Shown here in pieces: positions 1 through 12,418 of a DNA stretch of 64,000 bases. Each line of letters opens with the position of its first letter. Positions within the stretch are counted from its first letter, which is position 1. Position numbers and translations under genes: made by a program. Origin of the DNA: Candidatus Latescibacterota bacterium (GTDB lineage: Bacteria; Latescibacterota; UBA2968; GCA-2709665). The stretch is from the NCBI GenBank assembly GCA_963667175.2, contig CAXXXF010000006.1:512001-576000 (forward strand), written 5' to 3'. The notes under the pieces are model-generated. The model was not told the origin of the DNA. It searched no databases and saw only the letters and a program-made list of their open reading frames with translations.

Positions 1-10
1 ACCCATTCAG

Positions 11-1396
11 ATGAATCTCCAGGCGGTCGGGGAACGGCTCGACAAACCGTTCACGTTTGCCGTTGTGGGCGACACCCATTTTCTGCATCCGAAGTTCGGC
101 CGGCAGACAGACGGGTCCGGCGTTTCGTTTCGCCCGTTGCAGGTTGACCAGTATCTCGAAAGCGTCCAATACGTCCTGATGCCGATGATGGCTTCGCTCA
201 AGGAAGCGTCTCCGGCCTTTCTTGTGATCACCGGGGACGTGGTGGAGGGACATCAGGACGTCGAACTCTCCATCGATGAGATTAAGGAAGGGCTGGAATT
301 CTTCGAGGGATATGGAATTCCGCTTCTGTTCGCGTGCGGAAACAGAGACCGCGTCGAGGCATTCGACGGCGTTGTTCGACCGTATCTTGGCCGCTGGCTG
401 GGCAGCACCCCCCACGAGCGGTTTTTCTTTCTGGACATTGCCGGTTGCCGGCTGGTATTCCTCGACACGCCCGCCTGGACGCGGAACGGCACACAACGAA
501 AGTGGCTGGAATGCACGTTGGGTTCGCGGGAGGATGCGGGAATCGACCGGACGTTTCTGTTCGGACACCATCCGGTCTGGCCGATGGCAAGGGCCTTTTT
601 CACCAGCCTCGACCTCCATCTCGATATGCCCGAAATACTGCGCGAGCATCCCGTAGACGCCTTTTTCTGCGGGCATACACACAACCAGAGCGTGTTGCTT
701 CACCGTACGGATGGGCGACCCGTTCTGCAATGCATGTGCGCTTCCATCGGCCTTTCCAGTGAGATGCCGACGCCGCTGGATCGCGTGCAAAACCTGCTGC
801 CCTATCCCCGGGACGTGCTTGGCTGTTGGCCCGGATATCTCGAGAATACGGCGCCTGGATGGTTTATTGTCCACGTCCGCGAAACGTCCGTCGAAGCCGA
901 ATGGCATCACCTCAACCGGGGAGTTGAAACACGACTCGCCTGGCATCGACCCGGGGATCTTTCGACGTTCGAGAAAATGGAACACCCACCCGATGCGCGC
1001 CTGATTTACGATGACCTGAACCATATCCGGCGCGTTTCCCTGCGGTTCTGCGGATGGCATGCCTTGCGCGAGGACAAGCAGGTTTTCCTCAATGGCGAAC
1101 CGATCGGCCGCCTGCCTCCCGCAAACGACTATGCGCCGATCCGGATGGATTTGCCGGCCGGATGTATTGAACGTCTTCGCATGGAGAATCGGATCGAGAT
1201 CCAGGTTGCCCGGAACGATGCATGTACTCTTGGAAATTTCGCGCTCGAAGCGGTCCTGCCCGGTGGACGATTCGTGAGAACCCGGCCCACCGGTGAAATA
1301 TTCACCTGGTCCGACCGGTGGGGCGCGTGGAATTCCAACTGGCTGCAGAAAATGAAACCCGGACGGGCGGCCACGACTCTGCTGTGCTTTCAGTGA
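11..1396 (+). CDS. Calcineurin-like metallophosphoesterase with C-terminal extension (start may lie upstream of window)
   Basis: Motifs GDTH, ITGDVV, GNRD (variant of GNHD), FGHHP, CGHTH; frame is open to the window edge. Confidence 0.8.
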   Translation: MNLQAVGERLDKPFTFAVVGDTHFLHPKFGRQTDGSGVSFRPLQVDQYLESVQYVLMPMMASLKEASPAFLVITGDVVEGHQDVELSIDEIKEGLEFFEGYGIPLLFACGNRDRVEAFDGVVRPYLGRWLGSTPHERFFFLDIAGCRLVFLDTPAWTRNGTQRKWLECTLGSREDAGIDRTFLFGHHPVWPMARAFFTSLDLHLDMPEILREHPVDAFFCGHTHNQSVLLHRTDGRPVLQCMCASIGLSSEMPTPLDRVQNLLPYPRDVLGCWPGYLENTAPGWFIVHVRETSVEAEWHHLNRGVETRLAWHRPGDLSTFEKMEHPPDARLIYDDLNHIRRVSLRFCGWHALREDKQVFLNGEPIGRLPPANDYAPIRMDLPAGCIERLRMENRIEIQVARNDACTLGNFALEAVLPGGRFVRTRPTGEIFTWSDRWGAWNSNWLQKMKPGRAATTLLCFQ

Positions 1397-1423
1397 ATCC
1401 GCGCCAGGATTTCGGAAGTTGCC

Positions 1424-3502
<2,079 letters not shown>

Positions 3503-3563
3503 GAAACGCGATGGCGCCAGTCGCGGACGCTAACGGCACCAAAATCCCCGACAGGAGGTTGTG

Positions 3564-4109
3564 ATGGCATCGGTACTGGTGGTAGGAGATGGTCCTGGCG
3601 GCTTGAGTGCGGCCCTGTTTCTGGCCAAAAACGGCATGGACGTGGCGGTGTTCGGGCAGGACTCGACGCCCATGCATAAGGCCATGCTCTACAATTATCT
3701 GGGCATTCCGGAGTTGACCGGGAGCGAATTTCAACGCGTTTCACGGGACCAGGTGAAAGCACAGGGGGCTCGCATCGAAGACGTGCAGGTCTCCGGTATC
3801 GAAAAATCCGGAAACGGATTCACGCTGACTACCGAGGGCGGGGCCACCCACGAAGGGGACTATCTGATCCTGGCGGCGGGCGCCAACGTGAAGCTGGGCG
3901 TGAGTATGGGCCTGGAGCGAGGACCGGACGGGCTGGTATGCGACCGGGACGGACGCACGGCGGTTAAAGGCCTGTACGTCGTGGGATGGAGTACGCGTCT
4001 GCGGAAGACACAGGCGATCATTTCCGCCGGTCAGGGAGCCTCCACCGCGCTCGACATTCTATCGGCCGAAGCGGGAGAGGACGTACACGATTTCGACGTG
4101 GTGTCGTGA
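3564..4109 (+). CDS. Short FAD-dependent oxidoreductase (thioredoxin-reductase-like FAD domain)
   Basis: VLVVGDGPGGLSAA Rossmann motif; QAIISAGQG; RBS AGGAGG upstream. Confidence 0.75.
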   Translation: MASVLVVGDGPGGLSAALFLAKNGMDVAVFGQDSTPMHKAMLYNYLGIPELTGSEFQRVSRDQVKAQGARIEDVQVSGIEKSGNGFTLTTEGGATHEGDYLILAAGANVKLGVSMGLERGPDGLVCDRDGRTAVKGLYVVGWSTRLRKTQAIISAGQGASTALDILSAEAGEDVHDFDVVS

Positions 4110-4219
4110 CGCAATCGGGAAACGACCGTTGCACGATTCGGACGCGTCGAAACCGAGGTGGCTCGACCGCCGGTGGTGTAAACGTCACTCCTGGAGGACG
4201 GGCGTCTGTCTCCGGTCGG

Positions 4220-4789
4220 TCAAAAGTACCTGGGCGACCTGCGTGGCGGGGCCGGTCGGGGAGGCGCGTCCTTTTCCGGGATGCCGTGGCTGTCCATGAT
4301 GCCGCGTACCACGTGGACCGGAAGGCCCATCCGGACGGCCAGTGCCATCGAATCACTCGGACGCGCGTCGATTTTGAACGTCGTCCCATCCGGACTCTGC
4401 AAGGTAAGAACGGCAAAATACGTACTCCTCAGCCCCGCTTCTTCCAGCGGGCGAAGTTCGTCGATCACGATGGACCGAAGACGGACTCCGGCCTCCTTCA
4501 TGACGTTGTGAAACAGGTCGTGGGTGAAGGGACGTGGAAACGTCTCATCGTTCAGCTTGCGCCAGATTGCCATCGCTTCGCATGGTCCGATCCAGATGGG
4601 CAGAAGTCTGCCGGTCTCGCTGTCGCGCAGAAAAACGACATACTGATCGTCCGAATCCCGCCCGACCTGATGGACCTCGGCTTTGACGAGGTCCCTTTCC
4701 TCCGGATCTGCCGGCGGCGCGAGGACAGGCCTCGGACACATCCAGAACGCGCAGAGAAACAACACCGAAATACGGCATCTATGGCGCAT
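4220..4789 (-). CDS. Bifunctional nuclease family protein (DUF151) with signal-peptide-like N-terminus
   Basis: LLPIWIGPCEAMAI, RPFTHDL, IDARPSDSMALA. Confidence 0.85.
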   Translation of the reverse strand: MRHRCRISVLFLCAFWMCPRPVLAPPADPEERDLVKAEVHQVGRDSDDQYVVFLRDSETGRLLPIWIGPCEAMAIWRKLNDETFPRPFTHDLFHNVMKEAGVRLRSIVIDELRPLEEAGLRSTYFAVLTLQSPDGTTFKIDARPSDSMALAVRMGLPVHVVRGIMDSHGIPEKDAPPRPAPPRRSPRYF

Positions 4790-4915
4790 CTTGATTCCTT
4801 TCAGTGCGTGAGAGACCGGCGCTGGTTCACATGAATTCTGTGGCTTTTCCGAATATACGCCGGCGCTTTTCCGGTAGCAATTCGAAATTTCCGCAGTGGC
4901 GCCGCGGTTCGCCGG

Positions 4916-4944
4916 TTGACACGCGCCATCCGATATGCTATCTT
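4916..4944 (+). promoter_or_regulatory. Sigma70 promoter of the yicC-gmk-rpoZ-coaBC region
   Basis: TTGACA-N17-TATCTT with extended -10 TG, 52 nt upstream of the yicC ATG. Confidence 0.65.
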
Positions 4945-4996
4945 TATAAGTTTCAGAATTTTACACCATCGGTGCGGCGCAGAGACGGGAGAACGC

Positions 4997-5875
4997 ATGG
5001 TTGTCAGCATGACGGGGTTCGGGAGGGGTGAAGCCGAAACCAACGGATTTCGCGCCACGGTCGAGGTAAAATCGGTCAACGGGCGTTACGGCGAGGTATC
5101 CGTCTATCTGCCCGGACAACTGTCTGCCCTGGAACACCGGATCAAAGACCTCGTGCTTGGGGTTCTTTCACGCGGCCACGTTCGCGTCTCGCTGAACCTG
5201 GACGGCGACGCGCTTGGACAGGGTATACCGGTTCTGAACGAGCGGGTCTTCGAAGGGTATCGGAACGGGCTCGTTCGGCTTCAATCGCGCCTGGGGCTTT
5301 CAGATGCGCCCGATCCCATGCAGGTGGCGCTGATGCCGAACGTATTTGAAATCGAACCCTGGGCGCCGGATCCGGACGCCGTCTGGAAGGTGGTCGCGCC
5401 GGCCTGCGAACAGGCGGTAGCCCAATGTCAGTCGATGCGAACCAGAGAGGGAGGGCGGCTGGCGGAAGATTTCGTCCGGCGGGTTCAACACCTTGAGGAT
5501 ATGATCACGCAGATCCGGAAGCAGGCGCCTCACCAGGTCGAGTCCGCCCGCAGACGGCTCGATGGAAAACTCCGGGAACTCATCGCCCCGGAACTGGTCG
5601 ACCGGAACCGTCTGATTACGGAAATCGCCGTGCTTGCCGAACGAATGGACGTTACCGAGGAAACGGTCCGTTTCCTTAGCCACAATGAACAGTTTCTGAA
5701 AACACTCGACCGCGACGAGCCGATCGGCAGGCGCCTGAATTTTCTGCTCCAGGAGATGCTCAGGGAAGCGAATACGATCGGGTCCAAAACCGGCGACGTG
5801 GAGATCTCGCATCTGGTGGTCGACGTCAAGGAAGAAATCGAGAAGCTTAAAGAGCAGGTTCAGAATATCGAATAA
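4997..5875 (+). CDS. yicC: YicC/YloC family endoribonuclease
   Basis: SMTGFG N-terminus, SVNGRY, GRRLNFLLQEMLREANTIGSK, EQVQNIE C-terminus. Confidence 0.93.
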   Translation: MVVSMTGFGRGEAETNGFRATVEVKSVNGRYGEVSVYLPGQLSALEHRIKDLVLGVLSRGHVRVSLNLDGDALGQGIPVLNERVFEGYRNGLVRLQSRLGLSDAPDPMQVALMPNVFEIEPWAPDPDAVWKVVAPACEQAVAQCQSMRTREGGRLAEDFVRRVQHLEDMITQIRKQAPHQVESARRRLDGKLRELIAPELVDRNRLITEIAVLAERMDVTEETVRFLSHNEQFLKTLDRDEPIGRRLNFLLQEMLREANTIGSKTGDVEISHLVVDVKEEIEKLKEQVQNIE

Positions 5876-5895
5876 CGGCGGGGTCGGTTTCGCAG

Positions 5896-6561
5896 ATGGA
5901 AGAATCGATTGGAATTGACGTCCTTCAGGACCGGCTCGATTGCAATCCCGGCTCGTTCGCCCTGGTGCTTTCAGGTCCTGCCGGCGCCGGAAAGACGTCA
6001 ATCGGCCAGGGACTTCTCTCTCGAGACGCCTCCCTGCAGAGGTGCGTGACCACAACCACCCGCGCGAAGCGTCCCGACGAGACGGACGGCGTGGACTACC
6101 ATTTCGTTTCGGAAGGGGCGTTTCGATCCAGGTTGAAACAGGGGTGTTTTCTCGAATGGGCGGAGGTCTATGGCTGTCTCTATGGGGCGACCTTCGAGGC
6201 GGCTGCGCGTGCAATCGGAAACGGCGGGGTACTGCTGCTCGTCGTAGACGTCCAGGGCGCGGCGGCGTGGAAGCGTGCGCTCGATGAACGTTGCGTAAGC
6301 GTGTTCGTACTGCCTCCTTCGGCCACCGTGCTGGAAGAGCGCCTGCGAGCGCGCCGGTCGGAAGGGGCCGGGGCCCTGTCCTTGAGGCTGAAAAACGCAC
6401 GAACGGAACTTGCCAGGGCCGAGGAGTTTGATTATCTGGTCGTCAATACTGATCTGGATCGTGCCATCGCCGACGTTGAGGGCATGATTCGCGTCGAACG
6501 TCGCAGGCCCCGCCGAACGCCCGATCTTCTCACCGAATTCGAACGAGGGATCGCGCCCTGA
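5896..6561 (+). CDS. gmk: Guanylate kinase
   Basis: SGPAGAGKT, TTTRAKRPDETDGVDYHFV, FLEWAEVYG; synteny. Confidence 0.93.
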   Translation: MEESIGIDVLQDRLDCNPGSFALVLSGPAGAGKTSIGQGLLSRDASLQRCVTTTTRAKRPDETDGVDYHFVSEGAFRSRLKQGCFLEWAEVYGCLYGATFEAAARAIGNGGVLLLVVDVQGAAAWKRALDERCVSVFVLPPSATVLEERLRARRSEGAGALSLRLKNARTELARAEEFDYLVVNTDLDRAIADVEGMIRVERRRPRRTPDLLTEFERGIAP

Positions 6562-6661
6562 CGCCGGATCATATAAGACAGTCACAACAGGATGAATATC
6601 AGAGGATTTTTTTATTTCCCAAGAGACGTTGCGGCACACACGAACGGAGGTTCGTCCATCC

Positions 6662-6922
6662 ATGTCACGGATTTTCTTTCTGGAAGAGATCAGCAACGAC
6701 GAAATGAACCCGTACGAGGCGGTCAGCGCCGCGTCGAGGGAGTCCCGTCGGATCAATCAGGCCCGGATGGCCAGGGACGTGTCCGGAGAGGCGGAAAAAC
6801 CCACAACGCTGTCGCTCGATCGCCTTTCGACGGGAAAAGTGCAGGTTTCGTACGAGGGCGACGCGGAGTTGGAAGCGGAACATGACAGTGCCGGCGAAGA
6901 TGAGGATCCTTCTGGGAATTAG
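6662..6922 (+). CDS. rpoZ: Probable RNA polymerase omega subunit
   Basis: NPYEAVSAASRESRRIN and KPTTLSL resemble omega; lies between gmk and coaBC. Confidence 0.7.
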   Translation: MSRIFFLEEISNDEMNPYEAVSAASRESRRINQARMARDVSGEAEKPTTLSLDRLSTGKVQVSYEGDAELEAEHDSAGEDEDPSGN

Positions 6923-8081
6923 CGGCGGGATTGCCGCCTACAAGGGTGTTGACGTGCTTCGCGGCCTGCAGCGCGAGGGCGCCGAAGTGCGGGTGGTTAT
7001 GACCGCCGCCGCACGGAAATTCATCCAGCCGATGACGTTTGAAGTGCTTTCCGGCCATCGGGTCTACACCCATCTTTTTCCTGAGACGGGTGATCCTGAG
7101 GTTATCCACGTTGCACTGGGCGAGTGGCCGGACCTGATCCTGATTGCGCCGGCAACCGCCAATGTCATCGGCAAGATGGCGAACGGGCTTGCGGACGACC
7201 TGCTCACGTGCACCGTGCTGTCAAGTGAGGCGCCGGTGATGGTTGCGCCCGCAATGGAATCGGCAATGTACCGGCATCCCGCTTCACAGCGCAATCTTCA
7301 GCGACTTGCCGATATGGGGTATCGTCAGATCGGTCCGGAGGAGGGCGTGCTTGCTTCGGGCCGCAGCGGACTGGGGCGGCTATCGGATCCGGAGCGAATC
7401 GTCTCGGAAGCCGTTTCCGCCGCAGCGGCATCCGGTGATCTTTCGGGCCGCAGGATCGTGGTTACCGGCGGACGGACGGAAGAAGACATCGATCCGGTTC
7501 GCTTTATCACAAACCGGTCCACGGGAAAGATGGGGTATGCGGTAGCCCGCCGCGCCAGACAGCGTGGCGCGGAAGTGGTACTGGTAAGCGGCCCGGGCAA
7601 TCTGGATCCGCCCGCGGGCGTCGACCTGATCCCGGTCAGAACGGTGTCCGAAATGCGGGCGGCGACGGAATCGGCATTCGAAGGCGCGGATGCTCTGGTT
7701 ATGACGGCGGCCGTACTGGATTTCAGGCCTCGCGTCGTCTCCGAGGGAAAGATTAAAAAAAGCGTCAACGGACTGACCCTGGATCTGGTCGCGAACGAGG
7801 ATTTTCTGGTGGAACTGGGCGCCCGGAAACGAGGCCGGGTGGTGGTCGGATTCGCTATGGAAACGGAAAATGGGCTGTCGAACGCACGCAAGAAACTGAC
7901 GGAGAAACATCTGGATCTGATTGTCCTGAACAATTTGAAGGAGGCGGGCGCCGGATTCGCTGTGGATACCAACGTGGTCACGCTGATCGACGCGGAGGGC
8001 GCGGCGGAGGCATTGCCCAAAATGGCCAAGATCGAGGTTGCCGACCGAATTCTGGACAGGATAAGTGACCGGTGGACCTAG
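6882..8081 (+). CDS. coaBC: Phosphopantothenoylcysteine decarboxylase/ligase
   Basis: GISGGIAAYK, APATAN, APAM, EDIDPVRFITNRSTGKMG, VGFAMET. Confidence 0.95.
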   Translation: MTVPAKMRILLGISGGIAAYKGVDVLRGLQREGAEVRVVMTAAARKFIQPMTFEVLSGHRVYTHLFPETGDPEVIHVALGEWPDLILIAPATANVIGKMANGLADDLLTCTVLSSEAPVMVAPAMESAMYRHPASQRNLQRLADMGYRQIGPEEGVLASGRSGLGRLSDPERIVSEAVSAAAASGDLSGRRIVVTGGRTEEDIDPVRFITNRSTGKMGYAVARRARQRGAEVVLVSGPGNLDPPAGVDLIPVRTVSEMRAATESAFEGADALVMTAAVLDFRPRVVSEGKIKKSVNGLTLDLVANEDFLVELGARKRGRVVVGFAMETENGLSNARKKLTEKHLDLIVLNNLKEAGAGFAVDTNVVTLIDAEGAAEALPKMAKIEVADRILDRISDRWT

Positions 8082-8743
8082 ACGTCGTGGCGAGAGAGAC
8101 GCTGGAAGCGGTGCGGACGTTCGTACAGTCCCAGGCGGAGTACGGCCTGACCGATTTCAGACTCGTGCGGACGGACGCGGCGGCACAGCTTGCCGATTTT
8201 CACGACGCGATCCGCGACTGCCGGACGTGCGGGCTTTCCGAGGGACGGCGCACCGTGGTCTTCGGCAGCGGAAGCCCGAACGCGGACCTGATGTTTGTCG
8301 GCGAGGCGCCCGGAGCGGACGAAGACAGGACGGGGCTTCCGTTCGTCGGATCTGCCGGCGCATTGCTGACCCGCATGATCGAGGCCATCGGGTTTCGACG
8401 CGAGGACGTCTATATTGCCAATGTCATCAAATGCAGGCCGCCTGGGAACCGGGACCCTCTGCCGGCAGAATTGGATACGTGCAGGCCCTATCTCGAGCGG
8501 CAGATCGCGCTCATACAGCCGGTCGCCATCTGCGCGCTCGGCCGATTCGCCGCGCAGACGCTGCTGGAGACCGATGAACCGTTGGGCGAGTTGCGGGGTC
8601 GGCTGTTTTCGTACCGGGGCATTCATCTCATACCCACGTATCATCCTGCCGCACTGTTGCGAAACCGGCAATGGAAACGCCCCGCATGGCAGGATCTGCA
8701 GCTTCTCAGGCGGGTGTACGACGGCGCGTCCGCGGGTCGGTAG
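8072..8743 (+). CDS. Uracil-DNA glycosylase family 4 (4Fe-4S)
   Basis: [34 protein letters not shown]. Confidence 0.92.
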   Translation: MDLDVVARETLEAVRTFVQSQAEYGLTDFRLVRTDAAAQLADFHDAIRDCRTCGLSEGRRTVVFGSGSPNADLMFVGEAPGADEDRTGLPFVGSAGALLTRMIEAIGFRREDVYIANVIKCRPPGNRDPLPAELDTCRPYLERQIALIQPVAICALGRFAAQTLLETDEPLGELRGRLFSYRGIHLIPTYHPAALLRNRQWKRPAWQDLQLLRRVYDGASAGR

Positions 8744-8774
8744 ACGGGACGCAACCCTCTTCAATTGGTATTCA

Positions 8775-10157
8775 ATGGCTTCCCAACCCACCACACAGAC
8801 ACCCGCAGAACGTCCCCATCCCCAGGCACTGGAGGTGGAACGGGCGGTACTGGGCGCCATGTTTATTGACAACGCGGCCATCAGCCGGGTGATCGAGGTC
8901 CTGGGCGACGAGACGGCGTTTTACCAAACCGCAAACCGCAGGGTCTACGCCGCCGTCCTCGCACTTTACGAACGGGGCCTTCCGGTGGACGAAGTCACGG
9001 TTGCGGAGGAATTGAAGCGCCGCCGACAATTCGAAGACGTGGGCGGGTACGCCTATGTCGCGGGTCTGGGCGGCGAGATGGCAACCGGCGCAAACGCGGA
9101 ATACCATGCCAGAATTGTGCTCGAACGCGCGCAACGCCGCAGGTTGATCGACGCGTCCACACAGACGATTGCCGAGTGTTACGACGATGGGAAGGAAGTC
9201 CGCGAGGTGATCGACAGCGCCGAGCAGCGGGTGTTCCGAATTGCCGAGGGTGAACTCGGACAGGGCGTCGTCTCGCTTGAGGCCGAGCTGCACGATACGC
9301 TGGAACTCATCGAAAGGGCACAGAGACAGGATGGCGTCCTGTCCGGCGTTACCACCGGGTATACTGATCTCAATGGAATAACGGCCGGGCTGCAGCCATC
9401 GGATCTGATTATCATTGCCTCTCGTCCGTCAATGGGCAAAACGGCGCTGACACTGTGCATGGCGCGCAATGCCGCCCTGGACGAGGAGACCAGGACGCCT
9501 GTGCTGTATTTCTCTCTGGAAATGAGTATGCAGCAACTCGCGCTGCGTCTGCTATGCGCCGAGGCAAGCGTGTCTTCGCACGGATTGCGCACGGGAAGGC
9601 TGGCGGCCGAGGACTGGCAACGGCTGGCGGCCCAGGCGGAAAAACTCTCGGAGGCGCCTGTTTTTATTGATGACACGCCGGGCATCTCCGCACTGGAACT
9701 TCGGGCCAAAGCGAGGCGCGCGAAGATGGAGCACAAGATCGGCCTGATCTTCGTGGATTACATGCAACTGATGACCACCTCGGCGCGAGTGGACAACCGC
9801 GAGCAGGAAATCGCGAGCATTTCGCGCTCGCTCAAGGCGTTGGCCAAAGAACTGGATCTTCCGGTTGTGGCCTGTGCGCAGTTGTCGCGCGCCGTCGAGT
9901 CCAGGACGGACAAGCGACCGCAGCTTTCCGACTTGCGCGAAAGCGGCAGTATCGAGCAGGACGCCGACGTGGTCGCGTTTCTCTATCGTCCGGGTCACTA
10001 CGGCCTGTTGGATGACGAGGGTCAGCCTATTTCTGAGGGAAAGGCTGAGATCATTATCGGCAAGCACCGGAACGGCCCGACGGGCAGCGTTCCGCTTACA
10101 TTCTTACCCGAAACTCTGCGTTTTGAAAGTAGCCACGTACCTGACGATCCTTTCTAA
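8775..10157 (+). CDS. dnaB: Replicative DNA helicase
   Basis: PQALEVERAVLGA, RPSMGKT, FSLEMS, VDYMQL, SDLRESGSIEQDAD, KHRNGPTG; no intein visible. Confidence 0.97.
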   Translation: MASQPTTQTPAERPHPQALEVERAVLGAMFIDNAAISRVIEVLGDETAFYQTANRRVYAAVLALYERGLPVDEVTVAEELKRRRQFEDVGGYAYVAGLGGEMATGANAEYHARIVLERAQRRRLIDASTQTIAECYDDGKEVREVIDSAEQRVFRIAEGELGQGVVSLEAELHDTLELIERAQRQDGVLSGVTTGYTDLNGITAGLQPSDLIIIASRPSMGKTALTLCMARNAALDEETRTPVLYFSLEMSMQQLALRLLCAEASVSSHGLRTGRLAAEDWQRLAAQAEKLSEAPVFIDDTPGISALELRAKARRAKMEHKIGLIFVDYMQLMTTSARVDNREQEIASISRSLKALAKELDLPVVACAQLSRAVESRTDKRPQLSDLRESGSIEQDADVVAFLYRPGHYGLLDDEGQPISEGKAEIIIGKHRNGPTGSVPLTFLPETLRFESSHVPDDPF

Positions 10158-10271
10158 CGCAAACCGTGCAGCACGTCGCGGCGGGCAGGCAAGCGGCCGG
10201 CCGCCCCACGAGCGACGGTCAAAGACAACGGGTCGATTCAAGTCACCGGAAGTGTCATACCGAGGAAGGAT

Positions 10272-10922
10272 ATGGAACGTCGACGATCTCCCCACGGTTC
10301 ACCCGTAAGGGTCTCCAAGCTGTTGTCTCTGATGCTCCGCCATCGGCCGGAAGAGTTCGGCATTGAGGTCGATGGGTACGGCTATGCGGAATTCGACACC
10401 GTGATATCCGCATTGAAGAAACAAGACGCGCGTATTGAAACCGAAGACGTTGAAGCTCTGGTCTACCGGGCCGCCAAGAAACGATTTGAGATTGTCGACG
10501 GCCGAATCCGGGCGCGCTACGGGCACAGCATTTCCATGGAATTGGGAACCGATCCCGTGGAACCTCCGGAACACTTGTACAAGGGTTCGGGTGCGTCGGA
10601 GGTGGAACAAATCCTGAAATCTGGCTTGAAGCCCGTCGACAGGCAGTACGTCCACCTCTCTTTCGAGGCTTCCGTCGCGCTCAGGCTGGCGGAACACAGG
10701 CAGGAGCCGGGGGCCGTGATACGGGTGGAGGCGCGCAAGGCCGCCGCGGACGGTATTCAATTCTTCGACTGCGGACCCACGATCCTCGCACGGGAGATTC
10801 CGTCCGAGTATCTTTGCGTCGACGACACACCCGCGCCGGCGCCGGATGACGGGTTGACGGTGAAACAGAGCGAGGGACCGGTGACGTACGGCAGGAAACG
10901 TCGATTCGGGTCCCGGAGATAG
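10272..10922 (+). CDS. kptA: RNA 2'-phosphotransferase (Tpt1/KptA family)
   Basis: SKLLSLMLRHRP, KRFE, RIRARYGHS, GLKPVDRQYVHLS. Confidence 0.88.
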   Translation: MERRRSPHGSPVRVSKLLSLMLRHRPEEFGIEVDGYGYAEFDTVISALKKQDARIETEDVEALVYRAAKKRFEIVDGRIRARYGHSISMELGTDPVEPPEHLYKGSGASEVEQILKSGLKPVDRQYVHLSFEASVALRLAEHRQEPGAVIRVEARKAAADGIQFFDCGPTILAREIPSEYLCVDDTPAPAPDDGLTVKQSEGPVTYGRKRRFGSRR

Positions 10923-10937
10923 CACACGGCGGGAGAC

Positions 10938-11837
10938 ATGAATCCGATGGCGAAACAAGATCGGTCCAGAGCACACGCATTACTGAATACGGCCGCCAGT
11001 CTCTCCGGTGCGATCGGCGCTGATCTCGTGTTGCTCGTGGCGGATTCAGGCGTAACCCGGACAGCGGTACAATCCCTGAACGATGCCTGTCCGGTTCTGT
11101 TGGTCACCGGGCGCAATCGGTTTCTTCACGGCATCGAGGGCATCGGAATCCGCCGGTTGAGGCTTGACTTTGACGATGTCTCACATCTGGAACGGGTGCG
11201 GCAGGGGATCCTGCTGGGCATGGAAGCCGGTCACATCAAGAAAGGCAGCCGGCTGATCTGCATCGCGAACGTCCTGGAACACGGTGGCGTGGACACCCTG
11301 ATGACCGTGGACACACGCTGGGAGTTCGAGGACTTCGATCCGGAGAGCCTGGCCGTTCTCGCGGGGGAAATGCCCGTTGAAGTGGTCAAATCGGTGCTGG
11401 ATATCGCCCTTGACATCGGGCGGGAAGGCCGGGAAGGCGAACAGCTCGGCACGCTCTTCGTGCTGGGGGACTCGGACCGCGTCCTGGCCAATTCACGAGT
11501 GATGACGTATGATCCGTTTCGCGGGTATTCAAAACGTGAGCGGAATATCTGTGATCCGGACAACCGCGAGGGCGTAAAGGAAGTCGCACTGATGGACGGC
11601 GCCTTCATCATCGACGAGGATGGCGTAATACGCTCAGGTTGTCGTTATATAACCTCCTTTGTGAGGGGTCTTACCCTTCCCAAGGGACTTGGCGCACGGC
11701 ATGTTGCCGCGGCTGCGGTCACCAAGAACACCGACGCCATCGCGGTGGCGGTTTCGGAGTCGACCGGAACCGTAAGGGCATTCAAACGCGGAGAGATTGT
11801 CCTCCGGCGAGATCCGGGCCGACGCATCGCACGTTGA
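10938..11837 (+). CDS. Diadenylate cyclase, DacZ-like (N-terminal accessory domain + DAC domain)
   Basis: EGREGEQLGTLFVLGD, MDGAFII (DGA motif), GLGARHVAAA (RHx motif), AVSESTGTV. Confidence 0.85.
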   Translation: MNPMAKQDRSRAHALLNTAASLSGAIGADLVLLVADSGVTRTAVQSLNDACPVLLVTGRNRFLHGIEGIGIRRLRLDFDDVSHLERVRQGILLGMEAGHIKKGSRLICIANVLEHGGVDTLMTVDTRWEFEDFDPESLAVLAGEMPVEVVKSVLDIALDIGREGREGEQLGTLFVLGDSDRVLANSRVMTYDPFRGYSKRERNICDPDNREGVKEVALMDGAFIIDEDGVIRSGCRYITSFVRGLTLPKGLGARHVAAAAVTKNTDAIAVAVSESTGTVRAFKRGEIVLRRDPGRRIAR

Positions 11838-11886
11838 GCGGTCCGTTCCCGCTGATGATGTTCTGTCCCGTCGGAACAAAGGCGTG

Positions 11887-12393
11887 ATGAAGATTCGGCT
11901 GATCCGGTGCAAGGACGGTATCAAGGCCGTCATTGGGGACAATGTTCAATCCGTGGCCCGGGTCGCCAGGGCGTTCCCCAGAAGCAATCCGGACCACTTC
12001 GTGGGTCTGATGGGAGACGACGGTCACGAGATCTGCCTCCTCGAAGATCCGATCACACTGGATTCGAAATCCCGCGAAGTATTGAATGCCGCGTTGAAGG
12101 AAGCGTACTACATTCCCCGGATTCGGGAGATCCTTTCGGTGACACCTCGAGGAACGGGCGGCGAGTGGACCGTTGTCACGGAAGACGGTGAACTCGCGTT
12201 CCGAACGCAGGATCGCGAGGCGCTGGATGGATCGGAACCCCCGTCGATCACGATAACCGACGAGAGCGGCAGGCGTTATCTGATTCTTGACTACTGGGCG
12301 TTGGACCGGGACAGTCAAAATACAATCCGCGATCTCGTCCCGGATGACGTCTTGCGACGCCGGTCCAGGATCGTTTCGCTCCGCCGCCGCTAA
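11887..12393 (+). CDS. DUF1854-like protein
   Basis: RAFPRSNPDHFVGL, YYIPRIREI, WTVVTEDG, ITDESGRRYLI. Confidence 0.7.
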   Translation: MKIRLIRCKDGIKAVIGDNVQSVARVARAFPRSNPDHFVGLMGDDGHEICLLEDPITLDSKSREVLNAALKEAYYIPRIREILSVTPRGTGGEWTVVTEDGELAFRTQDREALDGSEPPSITITDESGRRYLILDYWALDRDSQNTIRDLVPDDVLRRRSRIVSLRRR

Positions 12394-12418
12394 GTGCACA
12401 CCGGCAAAGTGGCGCAAT

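Noticed and set aside
8415-8774. N-terminal extension of DnaB
   Set aside because: It overlaps the UDG gene in another frame; DnaB homology begins after ATG 8775.
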